NCBI GenBank assembly: GCA_963702205.1 | Contig: OY969724.1 | Location: forward strand, 3,424,001 to 3,488,000 | Source of the DNA: an uncultured candidate division Zixibacteria bacterium | Lineage (GTDB): Bacteria; Zixibacteria; MSB-5A5; GN15; PGXB01 | Direction of reading: 5' to 3' | Length of the DNA: 64,000 bases | Shown here: in pieces, positions 53,032 to 61,762 of the stretch | Layout: every line of letters starts with the position of its first letter | Position numbering within the stretch: position 1 is the first letter of the stretch | Made by a program: the position numbers and the translations under genes | Notes under the pieces: model-generated | Told to the model about the DNA's origin: nothing | The model's input: only the letters and a program-made list of their open reading frames with translations | Database searches by the model: none

Positions 53032-53063
53032 TACACTCGTGTCTATTTTTTGACACTCGTGTC
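53032..53063. promoter_or_regulatory. Tandem palindromic operator-like sites (G/T)ACACTCGTGTC
   Basis: Two copies 20 bp apart between divergent promoters. Confidence 0.45.
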
Positions 53064-53216
53064 TTTTTTTTATGTTTTCGCTGAAATTTCATATGTTTGG
53101 TCAAATGGTCCCGTAATCAATCTTATTGACAGACCGGCTCTTTCCCGTATTTTAGTATTATACCGCTTAAAAATTCCGCATAGTTTCGCGGCCCGCTTAC
53201 ATGGAGGTATTATTTT

Positions 53217-55244
53217 ATGTTGCGCCATACTATTATAACGCTCGCCTGTCTTTTGCTTCTTGTATCCGCATCTTTTGCCGGTGACAATCCGGCCGTCAAG
53301 CCCGACAACAATGCCAAATCTCTGTCATTCGAAAGTCATACAACAAAACCAAAGCTGATCGAGGAACGCCTCAAATCCCCCTCTCCTTTGACGGAAATGC
53401 CCCTCGATCTGCAGCCACTCCCGGCCGAAAAAACTCCCTCGACCCCCGGCCAGTACCACCCCGCTCTCGGCGACGCCTTCAATGACACTCTTCTGCTCGG
53501 CTACGAATACACAGACGGCGTCAATCCGGGCTATGTATTCTGGGTTTATTCCACCGACAATGGATCAAACTGGTCGACCTGCTGCTATCACGACCTCGCC
53601 GGTGCCGAATTTCCCTCGATCGACCGTTACGGCAGCGGTTCGTACATGAACGGCACCTTCCTGCCGCCCTTCGCGTGGGGCGGTGGCGGGACTTTTGTTT
53701 TGCTCCGATTTCCCGACCCGACCAATCCCTTCACGTGGAGCGGTAGCTATTCCAACTGGACCGGCTCGGGATTTTACAATATGAAAATGGACGATATCGC
53801 CTCCGACAACGGCCAGCAGATCTGGAACTGGGGCTTTATATCCGGCGTCATCAGCCGCAATGCTCCTCCGTCGGTTTACGATGACATCCCGATTATTTTT
53901 TATCAAATCAATGATCTCGGCTATACATATATAAGTTGGTACAAAGACTATGAAGGCTGCGCCACTACTGCCGCGACAATGGACCGAACCGCCGGACGCG
54001 CCCTATCGGTATACGACCGCTACAACACCACAACCAGCCAGTGGGAGCTTTTCGCCCTGAGCCACAATTTCGCCGACTGGACTGAAGATGGCTTGTATTT
54101 CGTCAAAGCCTTCACCGATCCCGATATGAACATAACCGAGCCCGACATCGCCGCCGACAATAACACCGTGCTGGTCGTCGGTACCGCCTATAATTCTACC
54201 GATACCGTCGACAAAGACGTTATCTGTTGGTACACTAATGATCCCTCTTTCACCGATTTCGAGGGCTTTTCGACCGTCGCCGCCACGACCGATCCGGAAA
54301 GCCATCCCCGGCTCGCGTTTATCGGCGGCAGTGAGTACGTCTGTACGTTCACCAAAAACGATGCGCTTTACGCCTCATACACCTGCGACGGCGGCGCTGA
54401 CTGGTCCGACCCGGTACCGATTTCACAATTTTACGAAACCGTCTCCGATGAGTACCGCAACGGCTCGGTAGCCAACGGCGGTCTGATGACATCGTACGAG
54501 GTCACCGCCGCGCCCGAAAACCAAATTACCTTCGAATATCTGGAAGCACCCGATGGCGACAGCGACGGCCTCGCCGACGTCTGCGACAACTGCCCGGCTA
54601 TCACCAATGCCGATCAAGCCGATGACGACGATGATGGAGTCGGCAACGTTTGTGACAACTGTGCCTTGGTCTCTAATCCGGATCAGCTCGACACCGATAA
54701 TGACGGTCTCGGCGATGCCTGCGATGCCTGTCCCAACGACCCGGACAACGATCCCGATGGCGACGGCGTCTGTAACGATATCGACAACTGCCCGGCTCTC
54801 GCCAACGCGGATCAACTTGATACCGACGGCGATGGTGTCGGTGACGCCTGCGACAATTGCATCAACAATCCCAATCCCAATCAGAGCGACAACGACGGCG
54901 ACCTGATGGGCGATGCCTGCGATCCCGACGATGATGACGACGGCGTGCTTGATATTGCCGACAATTGCCCGTTCAATTACAATCCGCTGCAGGAAGACAG
55001 CGACAGCGACGGTATCGGTGACGCCTGCGAGTATCTCTGTGGTGACGCCAACAATGACGGCAATAAAAACCTGATCGACATTTTGTACATCATAGATTTT
55101 ATATACAACGACGGGCCGCAACCGTACCCGATCATGCAGGCCGGTGACATGAACAACGACGGTGACATCAACCTGCTTGATATACTGTACCTTATTGACA
55201 ACATTTACGGCACGCCGCCCGGCCCCGACCCGGTCTGTCCATAA
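53217..55244 (+). CDS. Secreted protein with thrombospondin type-3 Ca-binding repeats and dockerin-like module
   Basis: Signal peptide; repeated DxDxDGxGDACDNCP; paired NL(I/L)DILY; GGAGG RBS. Confidence 0.85.
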   Translation: MLRHTIITLACLLLLVSASFAGDNPAVKPDNNAKSLSFESHTTKPKLIEERLKSPSPLTEMPLDLQPLPAEKTPSTPGQYHPALGDAFNDTLLLGYEYTDGVNPGYVFWVYSTDNGSNWSTCCYHDLAGAEFPSIDRYGSGSYMNGTFLPPFAWGGGGTFVLLRFPDPTNPFTWSGSYSNWTGSGFYNMKMDDIASDNGQQIWNWGFISGVISRNAPPSVYDDIPIIFYQINDLGYTYISWYKDYEGCATTAATMDRTAGRALSVYDRYNTTTSQWELFALSHNFADWTEDGLYFVKAFTDPDMNITEPDIAADNNTVLVVGTAYNSTDTVDKDVICWYTNDPSFTDFEGFSTVAATTDPESHPRLAFIGGSEYVCTFTKNDALYASYTCDGGADWSDPVPISQFYETVSDEYRNGSVANGGLMTSYEVTAAPENQITFEYLEAPDGDSDGLADVCDNCPAITNADQADDDDDGVGNVCDNCALVSNPDQLDTDNDGLGDACDACPNDPDNDPDGDGVCNDIDNCPALANADQLDTDGDGVGDACDNCINNPNPNQSDNDGDLMGDACDPDDDDDGVLDIADNCPFNYNPLQEDSDSDGIGDACEYLCGDANNDGNKNLIDILYIIDFIYNDGPQPYPIMQAGDMNNDGDINLLDILYLIDNIYGTPPGPDPVCP

Positions 55245-55269
55245 GTCATTATCTAATAACTAATTTTAT

Positions 55270-55292
55270 AAAGGAGGCCTTCGCCTCCTTTT
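55270..55292 (+). terminator. Intrinsic terminator
   Basis: aaaggaggc-cttc-gcctcctttt. Confidence 0.8.
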
Positions 55293-55411
55293 ATCTTGAC
55301 ACAATTTGGGATATCCCTATCTTTTATTTAGGTTAACGTCTGTCAATTCGGTGGGCTAATCTTGGATTTGAGATCGCGACTATAATTTAATTTTCTGTGG
55401 AGGGCAGGGCT

Positions 55412-56512
55412 ATGTACAGGAAAATCTTATCACTAATAATCGCACTTTCGATTCTTATACCGGCTAGTATTATGGCCGTCGATTTCGAGGTCGAATTCCC
55501 TCCGCCATGCGGTATATATGGCACAACAGCTGGATTTATCCCTATTAAAATCTACATTGATAATAATGATTTGGATCGCGACTATTTCCGCCTGCCCCTT
55601 GTCATATATAGCCCGGACAACAAGATAAATCATATACAATATCCCAATATGTCCGGTGGGTATGGGCCCCACGGAAGCATTTTATTCTTAAACGGGTTTG
55701 AACCCGGTGGATTTTGGGAATCGGGCGTGCAAATCCAGGAAGGCGGCTGGGACGGATACTTGCCAGACACCATCTGCTTTTACGCCGAAAATCAGGTCAC
55801 CGGTGACAACTGGCCTCAGGGACTGGGGCTTCAGGAATATATAGATATATTTTTGTATATTCAGGACTTGGCTGAACCATATGGAGCTAATAGATTATGT
55901 ATTGACTCGGCCGATATGGAAGACCCTTATAACTGGCTTTGGGAGGAACCATCACCGCCCTTTGGTGGACCGTACTGCACTAATATTACCTGGAATTGCG
56001 CTTTGCCCCCGTATATAACCAACTGCCCCCAATCAATGATTACAATGAGTTATCGAAATAGCATATATAGAGCTTTTGAGGCACAAGACGGAGAATACAG
56101 CCCCATAATTGATTGGCAGCTTTATGGCCCCGGCACTTTGACTCCTATGGGTCAATATGTTGCTCAATATGAATATACCCCTGTATTTGAAGATTATGGT
56201 GATACATTGGAAGTCGGAATCTGCGCCGCGACCCAATGGTTTCCCTGCTCTTTGGGCGCCGTCAGCTGTTCCTTTGAAATATATGTGCGCGCTCCCGTGT
56301 GCGGGGACGCCAATAATGATGCCAAATTCGATTTGCTCGACATATTAGGCATTATCGGCGTGCTGTACTCTGTTCCTCCTGACGAATTGGACTATGACCC
56401 GATGGTTGTCGATGTCAATTCCGACGGAAGCATCAACCTGCTCGATATATTGACGATGATAGGTGCGCTCTATAATAATCCGCCGTCGCAGTTGAATTGC
56501 ACTATCGAGTAA
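55412..56512 (+). CDS. Secreted protein with C-terminal dockerin-like module
   Basis: Signal peptide from MYRKILS; CGDANNDAKFDLLDIL...DVNSDGSINLLDIL. Confidence 0.8.
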   Translation: MYRKILSLIIALSILIPASIMAVDFEVEFPPPCGIYGTTAGFIPIKIYIDNNDLDRDYFRLPLVIYSPDNKINHIQYPNMSGGYGPHGSILFLNGFEPGGFWESGVQIQEGGWDGYLPDTICFYAENQVTGDNWPQGLGLQEYIDIFLYIQDLAEPYGANRLCIDSADMEDPYNWLWEEPSPPFGGPYCTNITWNCALPPYITNCPQSMITMSYRNSIYRAFEAQDGEYSPIIDWQLYGPGTLTPMGQYVAQYEYTPVFEDYGDTLEVGICAATQWFPCSLGAVSCSFEIYVRAPVCGDANNDAKFDLLDILGIIGVLYSVPPDELDYDPMVVDVNSDGSINLLDILTMIGALYNNPPSQLNCTIE

Positions 56513-56771
56513 CGCGGGTTTAATGTCGATCTAAATTACCTGCCGGGTCATATCTTGATAAAGTCAAAATGTGACCCGGCAGTCCTGTTAAGTTCCTCAC
56601 TTCATTCCATCTCAGCATAGATTCGGGATTAATACTGTCCTGATTAGTCTATATTAGACTTGACAGATATAACACTTCCCGATACATTTATAGTATAAAT
56701 GATCGCGCTCTAAATCTATCTCCATCGCACACTCGGGCGCCCAAAAAATACTGTTTCCCCAGGGAGGGATT

Positions 56772-58043
56772 ATGAAAAGGTTTATTTTTATTTTAATCGT
56801 GGCGCTGATGGCCGCGCCTCTCACGACGTCGGCCCAGCCCCAGTACCTTTGCGGCGACGCCACCGGTGATGGCGTTGTTAACCTGCTCGATGTACTGACA
56901 ATTATATCCGGCATTTACAATACCCCGCCCGGACCGATCCCCAACCCCGAAATGGCCGACGTTAACAACGACGGCGTGATAAACCTGCTCGACATTCTGA
57001 AATTTATCACAATCGTTTATTACGAAAACGACAACTTCTCATGCGGATTGCCGTACGAAGACTACGATAGCGGCTGCCTTGGAAAACAGGAAAAATCCGG
57101 CGATACGATGTACGTCGAAGTAGACGGCTTCGATATCCACGTCCACCACGACAACGCCTATTACGACTGCTGTCTCGGATATTCCACCACCAACAACGTC
57201 AATTATGATACATTCATAATAACCGAACACGACACTATCCCGGAATGCGACTGCTATTGCTATTTCAACCTCGAAACCGTCATTCCCGACGTCCTCCCCG
57301 GCACATACGTCATTCAACTGATCGGCCTCGGGGGCGAGACGGTCGGCGTTGATACGGTTGCAGTCGGCGGCTCGTCCGTCTATCAACATTATGACCAGCA
57401 ATCCGATTGCGCTTCCAGCAAAGCCGATCCCGGTGACGACTCGGTGTTTATCAACGTCGTCGGCAACGACCTGACCATATATCATCTGAACGCCTATTAC
57501 AACTGCGGGTTGGCTTATGCCCTTGAATATTATATCGAAGATAATGCAATTTACGCTTTGGAAACGGATACCGGCCAGGCCGCCGATTGTTACTGTAATT
57601 TTAACCTTCAATCGGCACTTTATGACCTGCCCGACGGTGATTATGACGTCTATTTGGGTGACATCAACACTATCTTAATATTTTCGGGTCATATTACTAT
57701 CGACGGAAACGGGGGACTGATTACTTTCGACGACAGTGGCTGCCTTGAGAAATCCCCGGATAAAGATGATCCGCAACTCGTATATACGTACTTTAACGGC
57801 CAGCTTACGATGAACCACTACGACGCCTTCTTCAACTGCGGAGCGAATTTGGTCGTCGCCTTCGAACAATCGAACGACACTCTTCGCTTTTTTGAAATAA
57901 ATGTCTCGAACCAATATATGTACTGCATGTGCATCTTCGCAACGCAGGCCATCGTTGGTGGCATTGCACCGGGGGAATACGTCCTTGAGCTTTACAGCGA
58001 TGAACCGTCTACCCTCTTCGAACGTCGCACCATGACATTTTAG
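56772..58043 (+). CDS. Secreted protein with N-terminal dockerin-like module and three Cys-rich repeats
   Basis: GGAGG RBS; signal peptide; CGDATGDGVVNLLDVL..ADVNNDGVINLLDIL; three HxxA(Y/F)(Y/F)xC...CxC units. Confidence 0.8.
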   Translation: MKRFIFILIVALMAAPLTTSAQPQYLCGDATGDGVVNLLDVLTIISGIYNTPPGPIPNPEMADVNNDGVINLLDILKFITIVYYENDNFSCGLPYEDYDSGCLGKQEKSGDTMYVEVDGFDIHVHHDNAYYDCCLGYSTTNNVNYDTFIITEHDTIPECDCYCYFNLETVIPDVLPGTYVIQLIGLGGETVGVDTVAVGGSSVYQHYDQQSDCASSKADPGDDSVFINVVGNDLTIYHLNAYYNCGLAYALEYYIEDNAIYALETDTGQAADCYCNFNLQSALYDLPDGDYDVYLGDINTILIFSGHITIDGNGGLITFDDSGCLEKSPDKDDPQLVYTYFNGQLTMNHYDAFFNCGANLVVAFEQSNDTLRFFEINVSNQYMYCMCIFATQAIVGGIAPGEYVLELYSDEPSTLFERRTMTF

Positions 58044-58077
58044 AGACAGTTTCGAAATTTAAAGCTTCCGATGTTTT

Positions 58078-58103
58078 AAGGCGGGTCAATCGACCCGCCT
58101 TTT
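58078..58103 (+). terminator. Intrinsic terminator
   Basis: aaggcgggtc-aatc-gacccgcctttt. Confidence 0.8.
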
Positions 58104-58297
58104 GATTTTCTTTGTCGTTGACAAAGCAATTCATACAGGATATAATTATCAATTGAATTTGCAGGGAGGTTTTGCAAGGCGACTTCAATAGAAATACATC
58201 CGGGAAAAGCTAAACCTGCGAGTAGCCCATTCAGAGAACTGCTCGTGCCAGCAATATATGCCTCCCGTAATATTAAAGGCACCTGAAAGGTAGATAT

Positions 58298-59980
58298 TTG
58301 AACGAAAACGATACCTTTGAACAATCCGATTTGAACGATGACAACCACGACCCGCTCGGCATTATCGGTTGGCAAATCGGCGGTAAGTATAAAGTTACCA
58401 AGCACATCGGGGGCGGCGGTTTCGGTGAGGTTTACGAAGGCTTCAATGTCAACCTGCCGGAACAAAGACTCGTCATAAAATTTTTCAAACGCGTCCAGTC
58501 GCGCGATAAATTCGCCAAGGAAGCCAAAATCCTCTGTCTGCTCGACCACCCGCACATCTGCCGGGTAATCGATTTTCTGCCCGAGGAAGGCGCCCTAATC
58601 GTTCCGTTCATCGACGGCAAAGACGGAGCGAAGGTCCTTCGCGATTCCGGCCCGCTTAGCGAACCCGATTTTCTCCGTCTCGCCCGCGACCTGACCAGCG
58701 CCCTGGAATTCGCCCACAGCCAGCGGGTCGCTCACCGCGATATCAAACCCGGCAATATTCTGATAGATAAAAACGGCCATATTTACCTTATAGACTTCGG
58801 CATCGCCAAGGAAGTCGGCGAGGCCGCCACCCGCACCGCTTATCAGGCTTTAACCCCTCAATTCGCCGCGCCCGAGCGCCAGACCGGCGATGCCAAGTAC
58901 GATCCGTTCTTAAGCGACGTCTACGAACTCGGCGTGACTCTTTTCAATTTCGTCACCAACAGCATGCCCTACCGCAACCCGGCCAATCCCAGTATACGCG
59001 AATGGGGCGGCATGAGCGTCGAGGGCCTCTCCCACGACCTGGTAAAAATCCTTAAGAAGGCGACCCATCCTGACCCCAACGCCAGGTATTCTTCGGTCAA
59101 AGCTCTCCACGATGACCTCGTCGAACTGGATGAAGTCTATGCCAAACCTTCGAAGGCCAAATGGCTGATCCCTGCGATAGTGGTTGTGGTCCTCGCTGTC
59201 GTCGGTTTTTTTGGCAGAGTCCAGATCGTAGGCTTGTACAATAATTTGTCCGGATCCTCGTCGACTACCGAACAGACAACGACCAATCCTGAACCGAAAC
59301 CGCCAACGACACCCGAGACGCAAACTGAAACCGAATCGGCTCAGCCCGTCGTAAATGAAACGCAAAAGCCGCCCGTCAAACCGGTCGAGGTCGCGACCAA
59401 GCAGGATGCACCGAAGCAAGAGCCGCCACCGCCGCCTAAGCCGATGCTCAAAGTCGCCATCGTCCCGGCGTCGAACGCCGTCTTGCGCGTCGACGGCCTG
59501 ATCAAGCCCGCCGGAGAATATATGGTATCGAGCCGGGGTCAACACGACCTCGAGGTCTATCACAAAGACTACCCGATTTATCACAAACGAATAAATGTAA
59601 CCGACGATTCTACGGCAGTGAATATAAATTTAAACAACGCCTTTGCCTCATCGGCCCTGCTGGACTTTCAACTGGCCCTCTTCCCTTCGGCCGATAACAA
59701 AACCCTTGAATTTTCATTGAACGGGCGCTCCCGCGAATTCAAAAGTTTCCCGGCCTTCGGCCTCAAACGAGCCGCCGGAGAATGGGAAGTCGGCGTAAAC
59801 CTCTACCCGACCGGGTCGCCCAAATCCAATGAATTGAAAATCGACTCTTGTGTGACCTTCCCCTACGGCGGCGGTCCGCATCTGGTCATCAAGGGCAGTT
59901 CGGGCAAAATGGATTTCGCCAGGATAGCCGGCGACGGCGGGACATCCGTGCCGCTGGTTATTTTCTGGTCAGAAAAGTAA
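58298..59980 (+). CDS. Hanks-type Ser/Thr protein kinase with TM and PEGA-like extracytoplasmic domain
   Basis: GGGGFGEVY, VIK, HRDIKPGN, DFG, APE, SDVYELG; TM helix, Pro/Thr linker. Confidence 0.92.
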   Translation: MNENDTFEQSDLNDDNHDPLGIIGWQIGGKYKVTKHIGGGGFGEVYEGFNVNLPEQRLVIKFFKRVQSRDKFAKEAKILCLLDHPHICRVIDFLPEEGALIVPFIDGKDGAKVLRDSGPLSEPDFLRLARDLTSALEFAHSQRVAHRDIKPGNILIDKNGHIYLIDFGIAKEVGEAATRTAYQALTPQFAAPERQTGDAKYDPFLSDVYELGVTLFNFVTNSMPYRNPANPSIREWGGMSVEGLSHDLVKILKKATHPDPNARYSSVKALHDDLVELDEVYAKPSKAKWLIPAIVVVVLAVVGFFGRVQIVGLYNNLSGSSSTTEQTTTNPEPKPPTTPETQTETESAQPVVNETQKPPVKPVEVATKQDAPKQEPPPPPKPMLKVAIVPASNAVLRVDGLIKPAGEYMVSSRGQHDLEVYHKDYPIYHKRINVTDDSTAVNINLNNAFASSALLDFQLALFPSADNKTLEFSLNGRSREFKSFPAFGLKRAAGEWEVGVNLYPTGSPKSNELKIDSCVTFPYGGGPHLVIKGSSGKMDFARIAGDGGTSVPLVIFWSEK

Positions 59981-60016
59981 GACGAAATAACTAACTTCAA
60001 ATCCCTGGGAGGTTTC

Positions 60017-60739
60017 ATGAAGCATAAAAACCTTCTTTTTCGGATAATCACGTTCACCGTCCTGACGGCTTTCATGCAGTTGACATTTCTGCCCCTGATG
60101 AGCTATGCGCAGGCCGGAAATTGTGATTACGATCCGGAAAAGCCATCGGTTGAGCACGCCCGCGACAGCTTTAAAATGCTCAACTACAAATGCGCCGAGC
60201 AGGAACTGAACGATTATCTGGCGCAGGACAACATCGGCATCGAGGAAAAAGCCAGCGCGCACATCCTTCTCGCATCGGTGTACTACGCCATGCTCAAGAA
60301 CGACACGGAAAAGCGCGACCGAGTCACCGAGGAATTCGTCAAAGCCTTCAAAGCTTACCGTGACTGGCGCGGCGAACTGGATATCAAATCCAGCGAATTT
60401 CTCGATCTGATGGAAATCGCCAAAACGCGCGTCGACGATGAGGCGGCCGAAGAAAACGTCGCCATCGAGGAACCGGCTACGGAAGAGCCTGAAGAAATAG
60501 TCGTCGAACAGCCGGAACTTCAACCCGAACCGGAAACATCGGCGGAAACCACAACCCAAACACAGCAGACCGAACAAAAGAAGAAAAAAGCCTGGTACAC
60601 CAACTGGTGGGCTATAGCCGGTGGCGTCGGGCTGGTTGCAATAGCAGCGGTGGCCCTCGGCGGCGGCGGCGGTGACGGAGGCGGTGAACCACCTCCCGAC
60701 CTGCCGGGCATCCCCGATCCGCCCATTAGCGGAAAATGA
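60017..60739 (+). CDS. Hypothetical exported protein (helical N-domain, acidic linker, C-terminal hydrophobic/Gly-Pro tail)
   Basis: GGAGG RBS; signal peptide; KKKKAWYTNWWAIAGGVGLVAIAAVALGGGGG. Confidence 0.75.
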   Translation: MKHKNLLFRIITFTVLTAFMQLTFLPLMSYAQAGNCDYDPEKPSVEHARDSFKMLNYKCAEQELNDYLAQDNIGIEEKASAHILLASVYYAMLKNDTEKRDRVTEEFVKAFKAYRDWRGELDIKSSEFLDLMEIAKTRVDDEAAEENVAIEEPATEEPEEIVVEQPELQPEPETSAETTTQTQQTEQKKKKAWYTNWWAIAGGVGLVAIAAVALGGGGGDGGGEPPPDLPGIPDPPISGK

Positions 60740-60789
60740 GGCATAGAGACATTTAATTGGAAATAATCTTTATAAAAGGACATACAAAA

Positions 60790-61761
60790 ATGAAAAAAGG
60801 AATTGTACTCGCATCGGTCTTGATCCTGATGCTGGCTTTATCGTCGATGGCCCAGGCTCCCGATTCATTCGTCTATCAGGGCCGACTAACCGACGCCAGC
60901 GGTAACCCCATAGCGACCACGACGGCCGTGACTTTCAGATTATATACGGCCATAACCGAGGGCTCTCTGATTCACTCGTGGAACAATGTTTCCGTTTCGC
61001 CCGACGGCAACGGCGTCTTTGCCGCCGAGCTGACCAATATGGATCGAAACGATTTTGTCGCCGGCAACAAGCTTTACATCGAGCTCGTAATCGGCGGCAA
61101 TCCACTCACCCCTCGTCAGCTTCTTACTTCGGTGCCTTATGCTTACTCTGCTGAATATGTGGCAAATCTGGCTAATAATTCAGTAACCTCTGCGAATATA
61201 GTCAATAACAGTATTACATCGGTAGATGTTCTGGATGAGCCGGGAATTGCATATTCAATCAATGAAGGGAGTGCTTCGCTTGCCACGTCAATGACGGATA
61301 TCGTTACGGTTACTATTACGACTCCGGCCGCGGGATATATTGATGTTGAAGGTACCTGCTTTATCATGTTTTCCGGTACCACCGGCCCCAACCAGGCCAT
61401 ATTTCAAATCGATCAGACGGCTGGCGGAAGCTATATACTTAAACATGAAACGCGGGCCGGCCTCGATGCATATACAGTTTCAACCGATAATGTGTTTCCC
61501 GTTTATGCAACGAGATTATATAGCGTTGCAGCAGGCACTTATACCTTTAGATTGGAAGGCATGGCCCAACAGGGAGCTCCTGCATCAGCACTGGCTTGGT
61601 ATGGAAAGATTAAAGCTACGTACTTCCCGACAAGTTACGGCACAGTTGCAACCGCGGCTGAAAACAACAATGACAATAATGAGCAATCATATAACACTAA
61701 CATTAATCCGAATACAGGTTTAATCGATGAAGCCGTCCCAGCAGGTACTCAGGAGAAATAA
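60790..61761 (+). CDS. Hypothetical secreted protein with YQGRLTD N-terminal domain
   Basis: AAGGA RBS; signal peptide; YQGRLTD..G.P, LTPRQ.LTSVPYA. Confidence 0.75.
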   Translation: MKKGIVLASVLILMLALSSMAQAPDSFVYQGRLTDASGNPIATTTAVTFRLYTAITEGSLIHSWNNVSVSPDGNGVFAAELTNMDRNDFVAGNKLYIELVIGGNPLTPRQLLTSVPYAYSAEYVANLANNSVTSANIVNNSITSVDVLDEPGIAYSINEGSASLATSMTDIVTVTITTPAAGYIDVEGTCFIMFSGTTGPNQAIFQIDQTAGGSYILKHETRAGLDAYTVSTDNVFPVYATRLYSVAAGTYTFRLEGMAQQGAPASALAWYGKIKATYFPTSYGTVATAAENNNDNNEQSYNTNINPNTGLIDEAVPAGTQEK

Positions 61762-61762
61762 A

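Noticed and set aside
54550..55030. Tandem nucleotide repeats
   Set aside because: Explained by thrombospondin type-3 protein repeats
56559..56583. 3' arm of a long hairpin ctgccgggtca...tgacccggcag starting near 56540
   Set aside because: Single copy in the window with no T run; probably a terminator or stability hairpin, too little to call
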